From contig OZ176051.1 of NCBI GenBank assembly GCA_964247055.1, positions 1,364,001 to 1,428,000 of the forward strand: a stretch of DNA of 64,000 bases, in the 5' to 3' direction. Every line of letters starts with the position of its first letter. The stretch's first letter is position 1. This DNA is from Paragordius varius. Its lineage: Eukaryota; Animalia; Nematomorpha. The position numbers and the translations under genes were made by a program. The notes under the pieces were generated by a model, which was not told where the DNA came from, did no database searches, and saw only the letters and a program-made list of their open reading frames with translations. Positions 1 to 10,872 of the stretch are shown one piece after another.

Positions 1-2354
1 AAAGAAATATTAATAAGGTTAAAGACTTTCCTAATATCTAGCTTTTGTTAAATAAAACTGGCGGAGTTCAAGATAATCGTTTATTTTACTTATGCTTCGT
101 TTACCCGATTAAAAAATATATTTTTAACCAATATTTGTAATATATTTGCCAAGTAACTTTTACTTACCGTATTCGATATCATTTTTAATTTCTAGTGGTG
201 TGTATTCAAATCTAGCACTTCCCATATTACACAAATTCCCATCTCGTAAACTGTGAGCATAGGAATCAATCATTTCTAAGCTAACATTTTTCGTAATATT
301 TGGATGTGAAATTAAACTTTGTGATTCATTTAGTTTTTCCTCGTTTGGCACGGATGATTGATATTCCGATTGAATATTTTTGCAGTTTAAATGACAGGCA
401 GGGGCGCCATACATGATGGTTTGATAGTCAAAAATCCAAGTAGAATTGCACATTCCTTTAACTTTACATCCATACTCCTGGCATTGGTAATTAGGATTGT
501 ATTCAGCTTAAATAGATTTAAATTGATTATGAAATAATTACAGTAAAAATTGGAATTATACGGATAAAATGCAAAAATATAAAGACTTTTTTTTTCAAAA
601 GACAACCATACTTTTTTAAACCTTAATTTATCCTATAAAAAACATTTAATTACAATCGTAAAATGCATAATTGATTGTGTCACCAATTTACATTTCTATA
701 ATATACTTTGCAGTTTAAAACGATGAGTTCTATTTAAAAAAATCAAGATTAAAAAGTATGGTTGTCTTTTACAAATAAGTTTTTGTTTAATTTTCACGTT
801 TTGTCCGTATAATTTCAATTTTTACTGTAAAGCTTTTGATATAAAAATGTTTTGCCAGAGTTCCAATAATAACACTTCTGAAAATTATAATAATGTTTTT
901 ATACAATTATATATAAGTTAAATTAAGCACCAAATAAGAAAAAATTTTAATATATTTCAATGCCATCAGATACAAATTTATCGTTGACCCTAATATTATT
1001 AATATTTTGAGAATTCAGGTTTTATTTCCTTCTTGCAAAGTTAGATGGCCATAATATACGACAATTCCCCTATTTAGACTCTAATCCGAACGAATATTCA
1101 TTCCTTTTAATATTATTAACTTATGGTGCAAAGCCCTTATACAAACAACATAAAGATATCTGTTTTTTTTTCAATAATATTTACATAAAAAAACTTAACT
1201 TTTACTAATTTTATGTTTGCATAATATTACCTTCATACTCATTTTCTTTCTTACAATCCCTTAAGTTGCACGTTTTATAGCGGGTTTTTCGACCAACACA
1301 AAAGGTCCCGTCGTTTGTCGGACTTTATTATTTATAAGATATTATAACTTCAAATATTATAAATTCTGATCAAAGAATAAAGGTTATATTAAAAAATTGA
1401 TTCTTTATTACACATTGGTTTTAGGATATTTTTAATCGAAATATTCCTTTGTACATTAGAGGCCCTTAATTTGGAAATTATTGTAAAATATAAAAATACC
1501 ATAATTTACAAAATATAAATGATAAATAAATTATCATCAAAACGATTTATCTTTATTTTCCTAAACCATAAATAAATTACATGGGATTATCACATGCCCG
1601 AGTTGATTTGGAAAGACCTATACCGCAAGATTTACTACACGGAGTCCAAGGGCCCCAATGTCCCCAATTTCCTATTTGCTGGAAAGTTTTATCATTAAGT
1701 TGTCTGACAGTCTGAGTTACTGCAATACATTCCTTATTGTAACACCATTTATTAACTCCACAATAGGTGCCATCCTCAACCATTTTCATTTTACTGATGC
1801 ATTTACCATTCACTTTACACCAGAGTGTACCACTACATATATCTTGTTTTTATCAATCAAAAGTGAGATTTGATATATATATATTGTAAAATTTTGAGAA
1901 AATTTACAGAACGGTATATTATTTTATGTTTTGTAAAATATTACTGATCAATTTTAACTCATAATCAAAATTATGAATTATATCGCACCGTAAAATTTTT
2001 TAGAATACTATAATATATTTGATATTAAATTTTAGTGTCTTAGAAATTTCATAATTATGTTAAAATTAAATCATGTACCAATAAAATATATATTATTGAG
2101 TGTATCTCTAAAATAAGAGTTATCTAAATAACAAAATTTAAATTAATAATATAATTAATCATCCAAATTTTGGGGTAGATTGCGATTCCAAAATATTTAA
2201 ACAAAATTTTATTAAGATTATAAATACAGCACAAAAAATTACCACTTTTTGGGACAAAAAAATCAATTACCACAATAATTATGACCTATAAATTAAATTA
2301 AATAAAAATTGAAATATGTAAGGCTTATATCTGTGGACGAACTTTGAATATTCA

Positions 2355-3412
2355 TATGAGTATGTATATATTGCTAGGAAGTTGTTAATTATTGCCAAAT
2401 AGTATATACAGCAAAAATAATTATTATTAACTAACTAGCGTAAATCTCGTGCTGCTACGCAGCCCGAGGAAGCCCTTCGGACTTCTGGGGGATGGAGGGT
2501 TTTTTGAAAAAAGGGACAATAAAAGGATCCACATATGTGGATTATTTTGAAACATTATTTAATAGCTATGATCTCATAGGAGTTTTAAAACGGTGCATTC
2601 ATACTAATTTATTCTTTACTTGGGGGAAAAATAGATCTAAAAAAATATCTTTGTGGACTTTGTTTTTTTTAAATAAATTTTACGGGGGGAGCGTTCAAAA
2701 AAAGGGCGAAGCTATTGTCGGGGCATTCATTGATGATTATATTTTTTCGTTTGGATTTGAATGGGTCCACCGGTTTCCCGGAAACAGATCACAAAGCCAC
2801 ATGATGAATCAGTTTTTAGCGGGTAACCCCTTACCCAGCAGCTATCATCAAAGAAACGCTTGACTAAAATTTTTGAGTTTTATCAGAAAATACGTGGAAT
2901 CCATATTGAATTTTTACGGTCTCATACCTAGGGCGAAAAATAGATTTCAAAAATTATTTTTGTGGACTTTGATTATTGAAAAAAAATGGCATTTTACGGG
3001 GGGAGCGGGTAAAAAGAGGCCGAAATTAAAAAAGCGAGACGACTATGTTCGGCGCGATCAAAAATAAGTAAACAAAAATTTTATTTGAAATTGAATGGTC
3101 CAACACGTTCTCCGGAAAATTGTCTCAACCTGTTTTTACAAGGGGTGGGCCCGAACTGGGGGCCTATTTCAAAAAAAGGGCGAAGCTATTGTCGGGTCAT
3201 TTATAAATGATTATATTTTTTCGATGTTTGGATTCGAATGGGTCTATCGGTTTTCCGGTACCAGATCACAAGGCCAGCATTTTCCATTTTTATAAATATA
3301 TAGATAATAGTAAAAAGTGAAAAAAATAACTATAAGCCAATAATACTGCCCTTTGTTATATATGCTATTTGGCAATAATTAATAACTTTCTAACAATGTA
3401 TACATACTCATA
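2355..3412. mobile_element. MITE-like element with roughly 55-bp terminal inverted repeats in ADAMTS-A intron 5, interrupted by a Helitron
   Basis: Left end TATGAGTATGTATATATTGCTAGGAAGTTGTTAATTATTGCCAAATAG is an imperfect reverse complement of right end CTATTTGGCAATAATTAATAACTTTCTAACAATGTATACATACTCATA. TA lies at both ends. The element is absent at the same site in the other five copies. Confidence 0.8.
2435..3304 (-). mobile_element. Non-autonomous Helitron
   Basis: On the minus strand it begins A|TCTATATATTTATAAAAATGG and ends with a GC-rich hairpin followed by CTAG|T. It sits between A and T with no TSD, has internal subrepeats and shows no Rep/helicase coding. Confidence 0.9.
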
Positions 3413-5713
3413 CTGTAAATTAAATTTTTATTTTTATGATGAAAATTTTACCATATACTTCTATACCGGGACAGTATGTGGTATTTCGCAGCCCCATGTT
3501 CAATTGGCATTGATGATCTAGGTTGTATCGTGTTCCCAAAAAATCAGTGGCTATTTTAGCATTCAAAACTGGATCGAAGGGTTTAAAGTGTAAAATCGTA
3601 AAGTTTCGATAGATATCTTGAAATATTGAGGGTGTATTTATGGAGTCTAGGGTTACATTTTTTATGATATGGTTTAATTTTTTTTCTTGTCCATCCACAG
3701 TTTTCAAATGTAGAATCAAATGTTGAGACAAATTTTTTTCATAAACCTCTGTGTCGATGACTGTCACGTATTGAGTAAATGGTTCAATGTATAAAAATAT
3801 TGATTCTTTTTCTATGATAGTTTTTGGTGGATGGGAGGAGGACATATTTTTGCTATTTGCCTTTAAACAATCTGCATTTTGTTTTTGAATGAAACCGGTT
3901 AACTCTTGGTAACTACAGTTGGACCATATAAGATCGGCCTCTAAACTTTGGGGTAACTGAGAATCCATAATGTATGGCATTTTTTTGGATTCATTATTTT
4001 GCTTTTTAATTCGATTAACATTGTGCCTTAAACAAAATTCCATTGTATCATGTTTCATACCTAATCTAACACCAACAATAACAATAGATGGCCAATAAAG
4101 TATATAACTTTTTCAAAAAAATTATTTAAATTAAGGCCCATTTGAATTTATTATTTTGGATGTGATATTTTGGATGTTATATTTTACAGTAAAACTTTTG
4201 TTGTAGATAAATTATTTTTTGTTATTGAGATTTAAAACCGCATATAATATCAATTTTGAAACTATGAAATAAATTATATGTTTATTAAAATAGTTTTTAT
4301 CATTCCTAAATACATTTATAGCAAAATAACATCTTAAAAGATCATCTCTTACTGGGATTTCTGAAGTAAAATACAGCATTTTTACCCTGTATATTTAAAG
4401 CTTTAAGTATTTTCTTAAGCATTTTAATAATTTTCTTTTGCTTAAAAATATTCTCCCATAATATTTTTTTCCTATCTCAAGTTTAAATAAAAGTAAAAAA
4501 AAGGAAATAATGTGTACAAATGTCCGATTTCATGTGCAATGGTGAATGCTGTGCTTAGTCCAGTATCTTCTGCAATGACACAACTCCTGCCATTCTGACA
4601 AATGGAACCGACTTCGGCCATCCCTAAAGTATTACAAGGCGTGTAATTCTGAGCGCATAAATCTAATCTGGTACAAATGAGTTATAAACGGACATTTTTT
4701 AAAATATATATATTTCAGTTTATTTACCTCATTTCTAAAAGTTATAATTGCAAAAAATAATTCTATGAAGGAAAATATACTTTGTTAGCATGATGGCCAC
4801 ATGATAAGATGGAACCAACTGACTTTCATTAAATAATGTGTATTGCCAAGCACAGAAGCTTTTTAGGTAATCATCAACATTGATTGTCATATTAACGGAT
4901 TTAGGCTTAATTATTTACAATTGTTGATTATAAAAAAATTTTAATAAAAAAATTAAAAAATTTAAAAATTACGATTGTCTTTAAATTTATCATAGAGTTC
5001 CATTCAATTGTAAGAGGGAATCCCAAACTTGAACGTTTGAATATGGAGGTAACCTAAATGTATAAATAAAGTTAAACTCATCTTATTTATTAACAAACCC
5101 AGATTGGTTAAGATAAGGTTGAAACATATAAAAATTTAAATTATACGGATTTTAAACATAAAGACAATACCGAATGCATCAAAGTATAAATATAAGCTTC
5201 AACATCATAGTTTATGTAATGCAAAACAAAAGATTGATCAGTAAAAACTATGGCTTTGATTATCATCGCCTCTAACATTGTGGATGTGATGTGGGACGCA
5301 GAATCTTCTGTAATAGAATTGGCGTAGATTATATAAAAACAATGCAAACTGAAAAGCAGAAAATGCATTTTTAAATACTTTTAACTTAACGTAAAAGATT
5401 TTTTTCTTACAATCGCACATCGCACCAAATGTTATTCAGAATATGCTGTATTAACTTAATATTTGCTTTAATTAATGAAAATATTCAATGGTTCATATTT
5501 CCATACTTATGCCTATGTGAATAGTACTTACTATATATGTATCTATATTTATACATTGTTGCAAAAGATAATTGTTTTTATCAAACATAATAACATTAAC
5601 TTGAGTGTGGGAAATGGAAATTAGTATGGTATGGTGAGATGTTGACTGTTTTATTGCAAACGCAAAACTCAGTTTGAGTAAATTTACACTTGTTTTGTCG
5701 CGTACAATTTGAG

Positions 5714-5978
5714 ATGGAAACAGGTAATAATGAAATGGGGAATGAACAAAAAGACCTCCGGTCTTACCTCCCCCATATAAGGAAGAAATTGAACGTCAAG
5801 CTCCAATGTTGGAAAACAATAATGGAGCCATTATATATCCAAATACTACCCAATTAATAACGCAAAATCAAACATCGGCTGCCTTTCCGAATGGTTATTT
5901 AAAATAAAATAATATTTTTTTGCAGGATACCATCATGGCATTCCTCAACCCGTTTTTTATCCGCCACATCCACCTGTG
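5714..5978 (+). pseudogene. PPxY membrane-protein gene copy A, exons 1-2 only, frameshifted
   Basis: Homologous to 48499-48767. It has a 1-nt deletion (AAAGACCTCC vs AAAGGTCCTCC), and exons 3-4 are not found downstream. Confidence 0.75.
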
Positions 5979-6645
5979 GTTAGTTATTTTTATTTTTGAA
6001 TAAAAATATATAAAATGTCTTTTTTATATGGTAAAATTGTCCACCAATGTTATAACGGTAAATCTACTAAACTAATTATTACAATTATTAATTAGTAATA
6101 TAATTATTTACATTTTATGCAAAATTTTGTACTTATATAACTTTAATAAACCGAAATATATAAAAATTTTTATTCAAAAACACTTGATATTACTTATTTC
6201 AAGCTAAAATCGAAAGGTAAAAATTTCGTCAACGATGTGTCAAATGGTAAAATTAAGAAAAAATACAAAGTAAACCCCCTTTCTATTTCTATCAATGTTA
6301 GATGTATTATATATCAAAAATTAGCTTTGGTTTTACCCTTAAAATTATATGAAGTCGATATTTTGCAAAAATTTTGTAAAATAAAAATAGCGTCGAAGTA
6401 GTTTGAGATGAAACTTTTTTTTCAAAACAAAATTTTATCAAGATATTTTGGCATATTTATATAATTTTTATCAGGATAGACGCATAAATTTAAATTGGGA
6501 CCGTTTCCTACAGTAGTTTTGTAAAAATATCTATTTAAATTTAGTCTGGGGTATTTAGATACCTCATTTGAATCGAAGTGTTAAAAAATTAAACGAAAAT
6601 AACATTTAAAGCAGTGGTTTATTTAGATAAAGCTTAGCGTGGGTT

Positions 6646-8340
6646 GGATGGATAATTTTAGGACTCCATAAGTTTTGTATCCACGAAGTAGCTTCCTCCA
6701 TAAATTACGATCTTTACATCGTTCTGTGGAAAGGCTACGTTGATTCAAGTCCATTTTTATATTATCATTATAAGAAAAGAGTGGTCGTCCCTTTCTTCTA
6801 TTGCCATCAACATTAATGTTTTCAACAGTTTTTAACGGATGGGTGGCGTCTCTTCTCTGAGTATGACCGTATAGACGCAATCTGTTTATTTGAATTATAT
6901 AATCGATTTTATCGGTTTTTTAATGAAAATTGGTAATTCTGGTGTACGAAAGCAGCTTTTGAGTATTCGTTCTCACTGGTTAGGAGTATTGTTTAATTTG
7001 TTCTGTTAATGCCCAGGTTTCAGAACCATAGGTAAGAGCAGGTCTTATTCCTACCTTGTAAAGATACCATTTATTACGATTGTTAATATTTTTGTTTTGG
7101 AAAACATATTTTAACTGATTATATTTTATCCAACCTTATTGTATTCTTCTTTTGATAGCCTTTTGTGGGCTTCCCTGAGATGATATGACATCTCCTTGGT
7201 ATACGAAAGCGTCAACCAATTCGATGTCATGTCCATCAATGTTAAGTAGCTTTGGTCGATTAAAATTATTATTGCCTGGGTCTAAGCAATTTAAACATTT
7301 AAAATTTATTACATTTGTTAACTTGTCTTTTATTTTAGAGCACTTTTTGTGTACCCACATTTGACATGATATGCATTTAATGGAATTCGATCGTACTTCT
7401 TTACTGCAAATGGAAAGGGGTATCTGGGTGTTTCACTTTCACCCGTTATCATTATTTTTGTTTTTGTGGCGTTTATAATCATTCCATATTGTTTAAGGCA
7501 TTTCTTCCACATGGTATATGTATTTACCATTTGATCCCATGATCGTGTCGTTATCACGAGGTCCTCGGCGAATAACATTTCCCAAGGGCATTCAGTTCTT
7601 ATGTCTTGCGTTGCCGCATCCATTATAGTTATAAAAAGGAGTGGACTTAGGACTGAACCCTGATGTAGTCCAGTATTAGTTGGGAAATTGCTTGTATTGC
7701 CGATATTGGTTCTAATGTTTGTTATTGTATTTTTGTAAAGAAATTGTAAGATTTGTATGGTGTGTTCCTCTATTTCGTTTTTACTTAGTGCCCATTGAAT
7801 TGTGGAGCGTGGTATTTGATCAAACGCACGTTCCAGATCTACAAAGACATGGTATAGCTTTTGTTTCTTTTCCAGATATTTTTCTTGTAAGCGTCTTAGG
7901 ATAAACAAGGGATCTATTGTGCTACTGTTTGGACGGAATGCAAACTGATTCGAATCTATGTTTAAATGTTTTCTCAGCCTGTTTTCTAATATATTTTCTA
8001 ATATTTTCAGTGTGTGTTCCAGAAGTTTTAAAGGTCGAGGCGATGTTTTTAGTCGATCGCCTTTATTTTTATAAATGGGGATTATTATGCTGTTCTTTTA
8101 ATCGCTGGGAGTTTGGTTTGTAATTATTATTTGGTTAAAGAGTATTGTCAGATACTCTGCACCTATTGACACCTCCCCGTGGTGTTGGCCGGGGCAGGAA
8201 AATGCGCTAACGGCAAAGGCCATTTTTCTAATGATCTGTAAAATCATTAGTTGTACACAAGGGCATGTGATACGTAAAAATTGCCTCAATAAACCATGAA
8301 GTATAATAATAATAATATGAATATGAAAGAACATTAAAAC
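6646..8340 (-). mobile_element. RTE-type non-LTR retrotransposon, 5'-truncated and degenerate, with an inverted 5' segment
   Basis: RT motifs FVDLERAFD, GLHQGSVLSPLLF and MLFAEDLV, plus a PHD-like WVHKKC segment. Flanked by the 13-bp TSD CTTAGCGTGGGTT (6633-6645 and 8341-8353). Short ATCC-repeat 3' tail. The empty site is seen at about 50760. Confidence 0.93.
8166..8216 (+). ncRNA. Truncated HDV-like self-cleaving ribozyme core inside the inverted 5' segment of the LINE
   Basis: ACC-TCCCCGT-GGT (P3/L3), GTTGGCC (P1 3' strand), GG (P1.1), GCA-GGAAAA-TGC (P4), GCTAA (J4/2), then GGCAA (P2 3' strand). The P1 5' strand is missing and P2 has a mismatch in this copy. Confidence 0.5.
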
Positions 8341-9961
8341 CTTAGCGTGGGTTATATATTAAAAATGATAAAAATGTTAACATAGAGTGAGTAACTAAAA
8401 AAATATTATAATATTCTGACAGAATTATATATCAGGAATATAACGGTGCTTTTGGTTTTGGAGCATGCGAGTGAAAGAAAGTTATCTACACTTTGGCAAA
8501 TGGTCCATATTAGAAAATGGCGAAATTCGCACTCATTTTTTTAATTAATTTTTTAGTGAGAGCTAAAAGCTTCATTCCAAAAAATATCACTAAAAGTTAT
8601 TATGAACTACATATAAAAAGCAAAAAAAATGAATTTTTTGATGTGGGCTATGAAAGTCGCAAATTTTCGCTCTTCTAAAATGGGCTACTTTTCTTAAAAT
8701 AAAATATCAACTAAATATTTTTATAGCATAGTTTTATCAAAAATTAATTTTTGGAAAACTTTGTTGAAGCATACCTTAATTATATTGAGGTATTATGGAA
8801 ACGGTATAAAAACGCTTTAAAACATTATAAAACACACTCTAAATTAGATAATGCTTAACATTTTTTCACCTAAGAATTTAGTACAAAGCGTTTGCTTAAG
8901 TGGTGAATTTTTGTAAAAAACACATATTTGCTTTATCTTAAAGACTTGGTTCCTGTGGTGTATGATTAACAATCATTTTTTATAAAACTAACATACTAAA
9001 ACTAAGTTTTGTTAGCGGCTCTGGTTTAACCGCGGTCATAAAAATTTAACAATCCATGTAAAACCATAAATTTTCTGGTTTTTATGGTGGAGCGAGCGCT
9101 TTTTTAAAATGGAATGTTTTCTAAAAAAATTTTCCGAAACTTTGATTAAAACAGACCCAAACCTAAATTATAATTTATCCAAATATTGACATCATAATTA
9201 AATATTTTTTTTATTCTTTTCATCTTTTAGATTAAATTTTAGATATATGGCTTTGTCATTTGATTCATGAGTCGAAGGCTATGAACAAATCACTTAGAAA
9301 TTTTATCGATAGAATAGGATGGCATAAAGAAATTTTTGATTATGGCAATGATTGTATTATAATTCAAAATATCAATAATCAATATATTAACTTGCGAAGG
9401 TGGCTAAAACGAATGTTTTTTTATAAATATTTTTAACAAAATCTAAACAGATTGATAAACTTTGATATTGCTAGATTAGTAAGTTTTTTTACCCATAATT
9501 AAGGAATATTTGACCTTCCAGATTTAAAAATATATCAACGGAATGGCGCATATATAAATGAAATGCAAGACTATAACTAAAACAAACCTATATGTTTTTT
9601 TGGTAAATTGTATAAAAATATTGTAAAAGCTTTTAGATAAATAAGACATAATGACGTTACTAGATGTATTAATTATTAAAACATTTATTTTTGACATGCA
9701 ACAATTAAAATACATATTATTTTTGGCCCCTTAGTTTTCGACATTTATACATCCGTGTATCTATGCATATTTTAATAATTTAATTCCCATGATATAACCC
9801 AAAAGACATCCATGAATTTGTATTAATATGATTAGAAACGAGAGTCGCCATAAATCACACTACGTAAATAATATATATGTTAGTTTTTAATTTTCGCTAT
9901 TAAATTTTTTAGGAAAATCAAATTGAAGATATTTATAAATTACGCCTAGATATTTATATAT

Positions 9962-10257
9962 ACCATTTACAATTCAAATTTACCCTTAAACAATTCAAAT
10001 TCACCCTTAAACAATTCAAATTCACCTCAAATAAATTACATGTTTTTTAAGATTAAAATTTACCTTATATTTTTATATTTGTTAAAAAAATAAAATTATG
10101 TTTTAAATTAAAATAATATTGAAATAAAAAACTATGCCACAAAGATATATTTCATATTAATAAATTATATTACTTTGAAAGCACATTTATTTTTAGGGTG
10201 AATTTGAATTGGAGGGTGAATTAAATTGTTCAAAGGTGAATTTGAACTGTAAATGGT
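9962..10257. mobile_element. TA-flanked MITE (family 1), site upstream of the orphan ORF
   Basis: TIRs ACCATTTACAATTCAAATT... / ...AATTTGAACTGTAAATGGT, subterminal CAATTCAAATTCACCC repeats mirrored at both ends, TA on both sides. Confidence 0.85.
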
Positions 10258-10320
10258 ATAATTTTAAAAATTTACTGTTAATATATAATTTTATAAGAAC
10301 GTATTTACTATTTTAGAATT

Positions 10321-10872
10321 ATGAGTTTTAACAATTTAACATTGGTCACGTTAACTTTACCGTATTGGTATGGGGTAGGGGAGGTGAAATATTGTTTTTA
10401 TGAAAAAAGACATTACAAATATTCACTTCAACAATATTATTCATGGCGCCCAGATACTTTGGAATGGGAAAGAATTGTTTTAACCGAAGATCAGCTGATG
10501 AAAAAAATTGAACCCTTTTATAGTCATTATATTTTACATATAAAATATTCAGAAATTAGAGAAATCATATACAGTAATAGGGATAAGGAACAAGATTATA
10601 CAAATGTTTATGGTAATGATAGGAATAAAGTTGCAAACATCATAAAAGAATATGTTGAAAAATACAAAGCCATGCAGAATAATGAATTGAAAACTGCTAT
10701 AAATTCATTGCCAATCAAATTATTTGAACAGTCTACGGATATAACCACAGAACTTACAAATGTAGATCTTATAGATGATTCGACTGAAATTTCTTCCAGA
10801 AAATTTAACAGTTGGTGGCTTTTTACAGAATGTTATTTCAATAATCCGTTGTATACCATGAATATGCATTAA
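10321..10872 (+). CDS. Orphan protein ORF (183 aa), single or terminal exon; function unknown
   Basis: Conserved in five cassettes; its indel relative to the 184-aa copies is 3 nt. A TTTTAG acceptor-like site lies 4 nt before the ATG. No recognisable motif. Confidence 0.75.
   Translation: MSFNNLTLVTLTLPYWYGVGEVKYCFYEKRHYKYSLQQYYSWRPDTLEWERIVLTEDQLMKKIEPFYSHYILHIKYSEIREIIYSNRDKEQDYTNVYGNDRNKVANIIKEYVEKYKAMQNNELKTAINSLPIKLFEQSTDITTELTNVDLIDDSTEISSRKFNSWWLFTECYFNNPLYTMNMH

Larger units (their letters stand above)
168..5368 (-). pseudogene. ADAMTS-type metalloprotease copy A (exons 1-8; last exon outside window); probable splice-defective copy
   Basis: Exons encode [10 protein letters not shown]..., HEIGHL/LGMKHD, YIMDSQ, WSNCS and TSP1 [15 protein letters not shown]. 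The exon 6 acceptor reads CAA|GAT instead of the CAG|GAT seen in B-F (substitution at 1844). Confidence 0.8.

Noticed and set aside
387-605. Minus-strand ORF ...[20 protein letters not shown] (also 23315-23503)
   Set aside because: It is an alternative frame over ADAMTS exon 8; the real frame reads [23 protein letters not shown].
1020-1170. Conserved blocks in intron 7 that translate plausibly ([11 protein letters not shown] on minus; [14 protein letters not shown] on plus)
   Set aside because: Exon 7 joins exon 8 in phase without them, and the blocks carry stops and frame-breaking indels among copies.
1658-1873. Recurrent plus-strand ORFs antisense to ADAMTS exons (MSPISYLL..., MNGYLCC..., MLSSIKSF...)
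   Set aside because: They are shadows of the true minus-strand coding exons, repeated only because the cassette is duplicated.
2492-3295. Short ORFs inside Helitrons (e.g. KKGEAIVG...GFEWVHRF)
   Set aside because: These are translations of the repeated non-coding module, with variable frames and no Rep or helicase motifs.
9265-9275. In-frame TGA where one copy has TGG, suggesting TGA-to-Trp recoding
   Set aside because: All confident genes here use TGG for Trp, with no in-frame TGA in intact copies; simple decay explains it.
9961-10030. Short direct repeats CAATTCAAATTCACCCTTAAA resembling a CRISPR-like array
   Set aside because: They have no spacers, are mirrored as inverted repeats, and lie in a eukaryotic context; they are MITE subterminal repeats.
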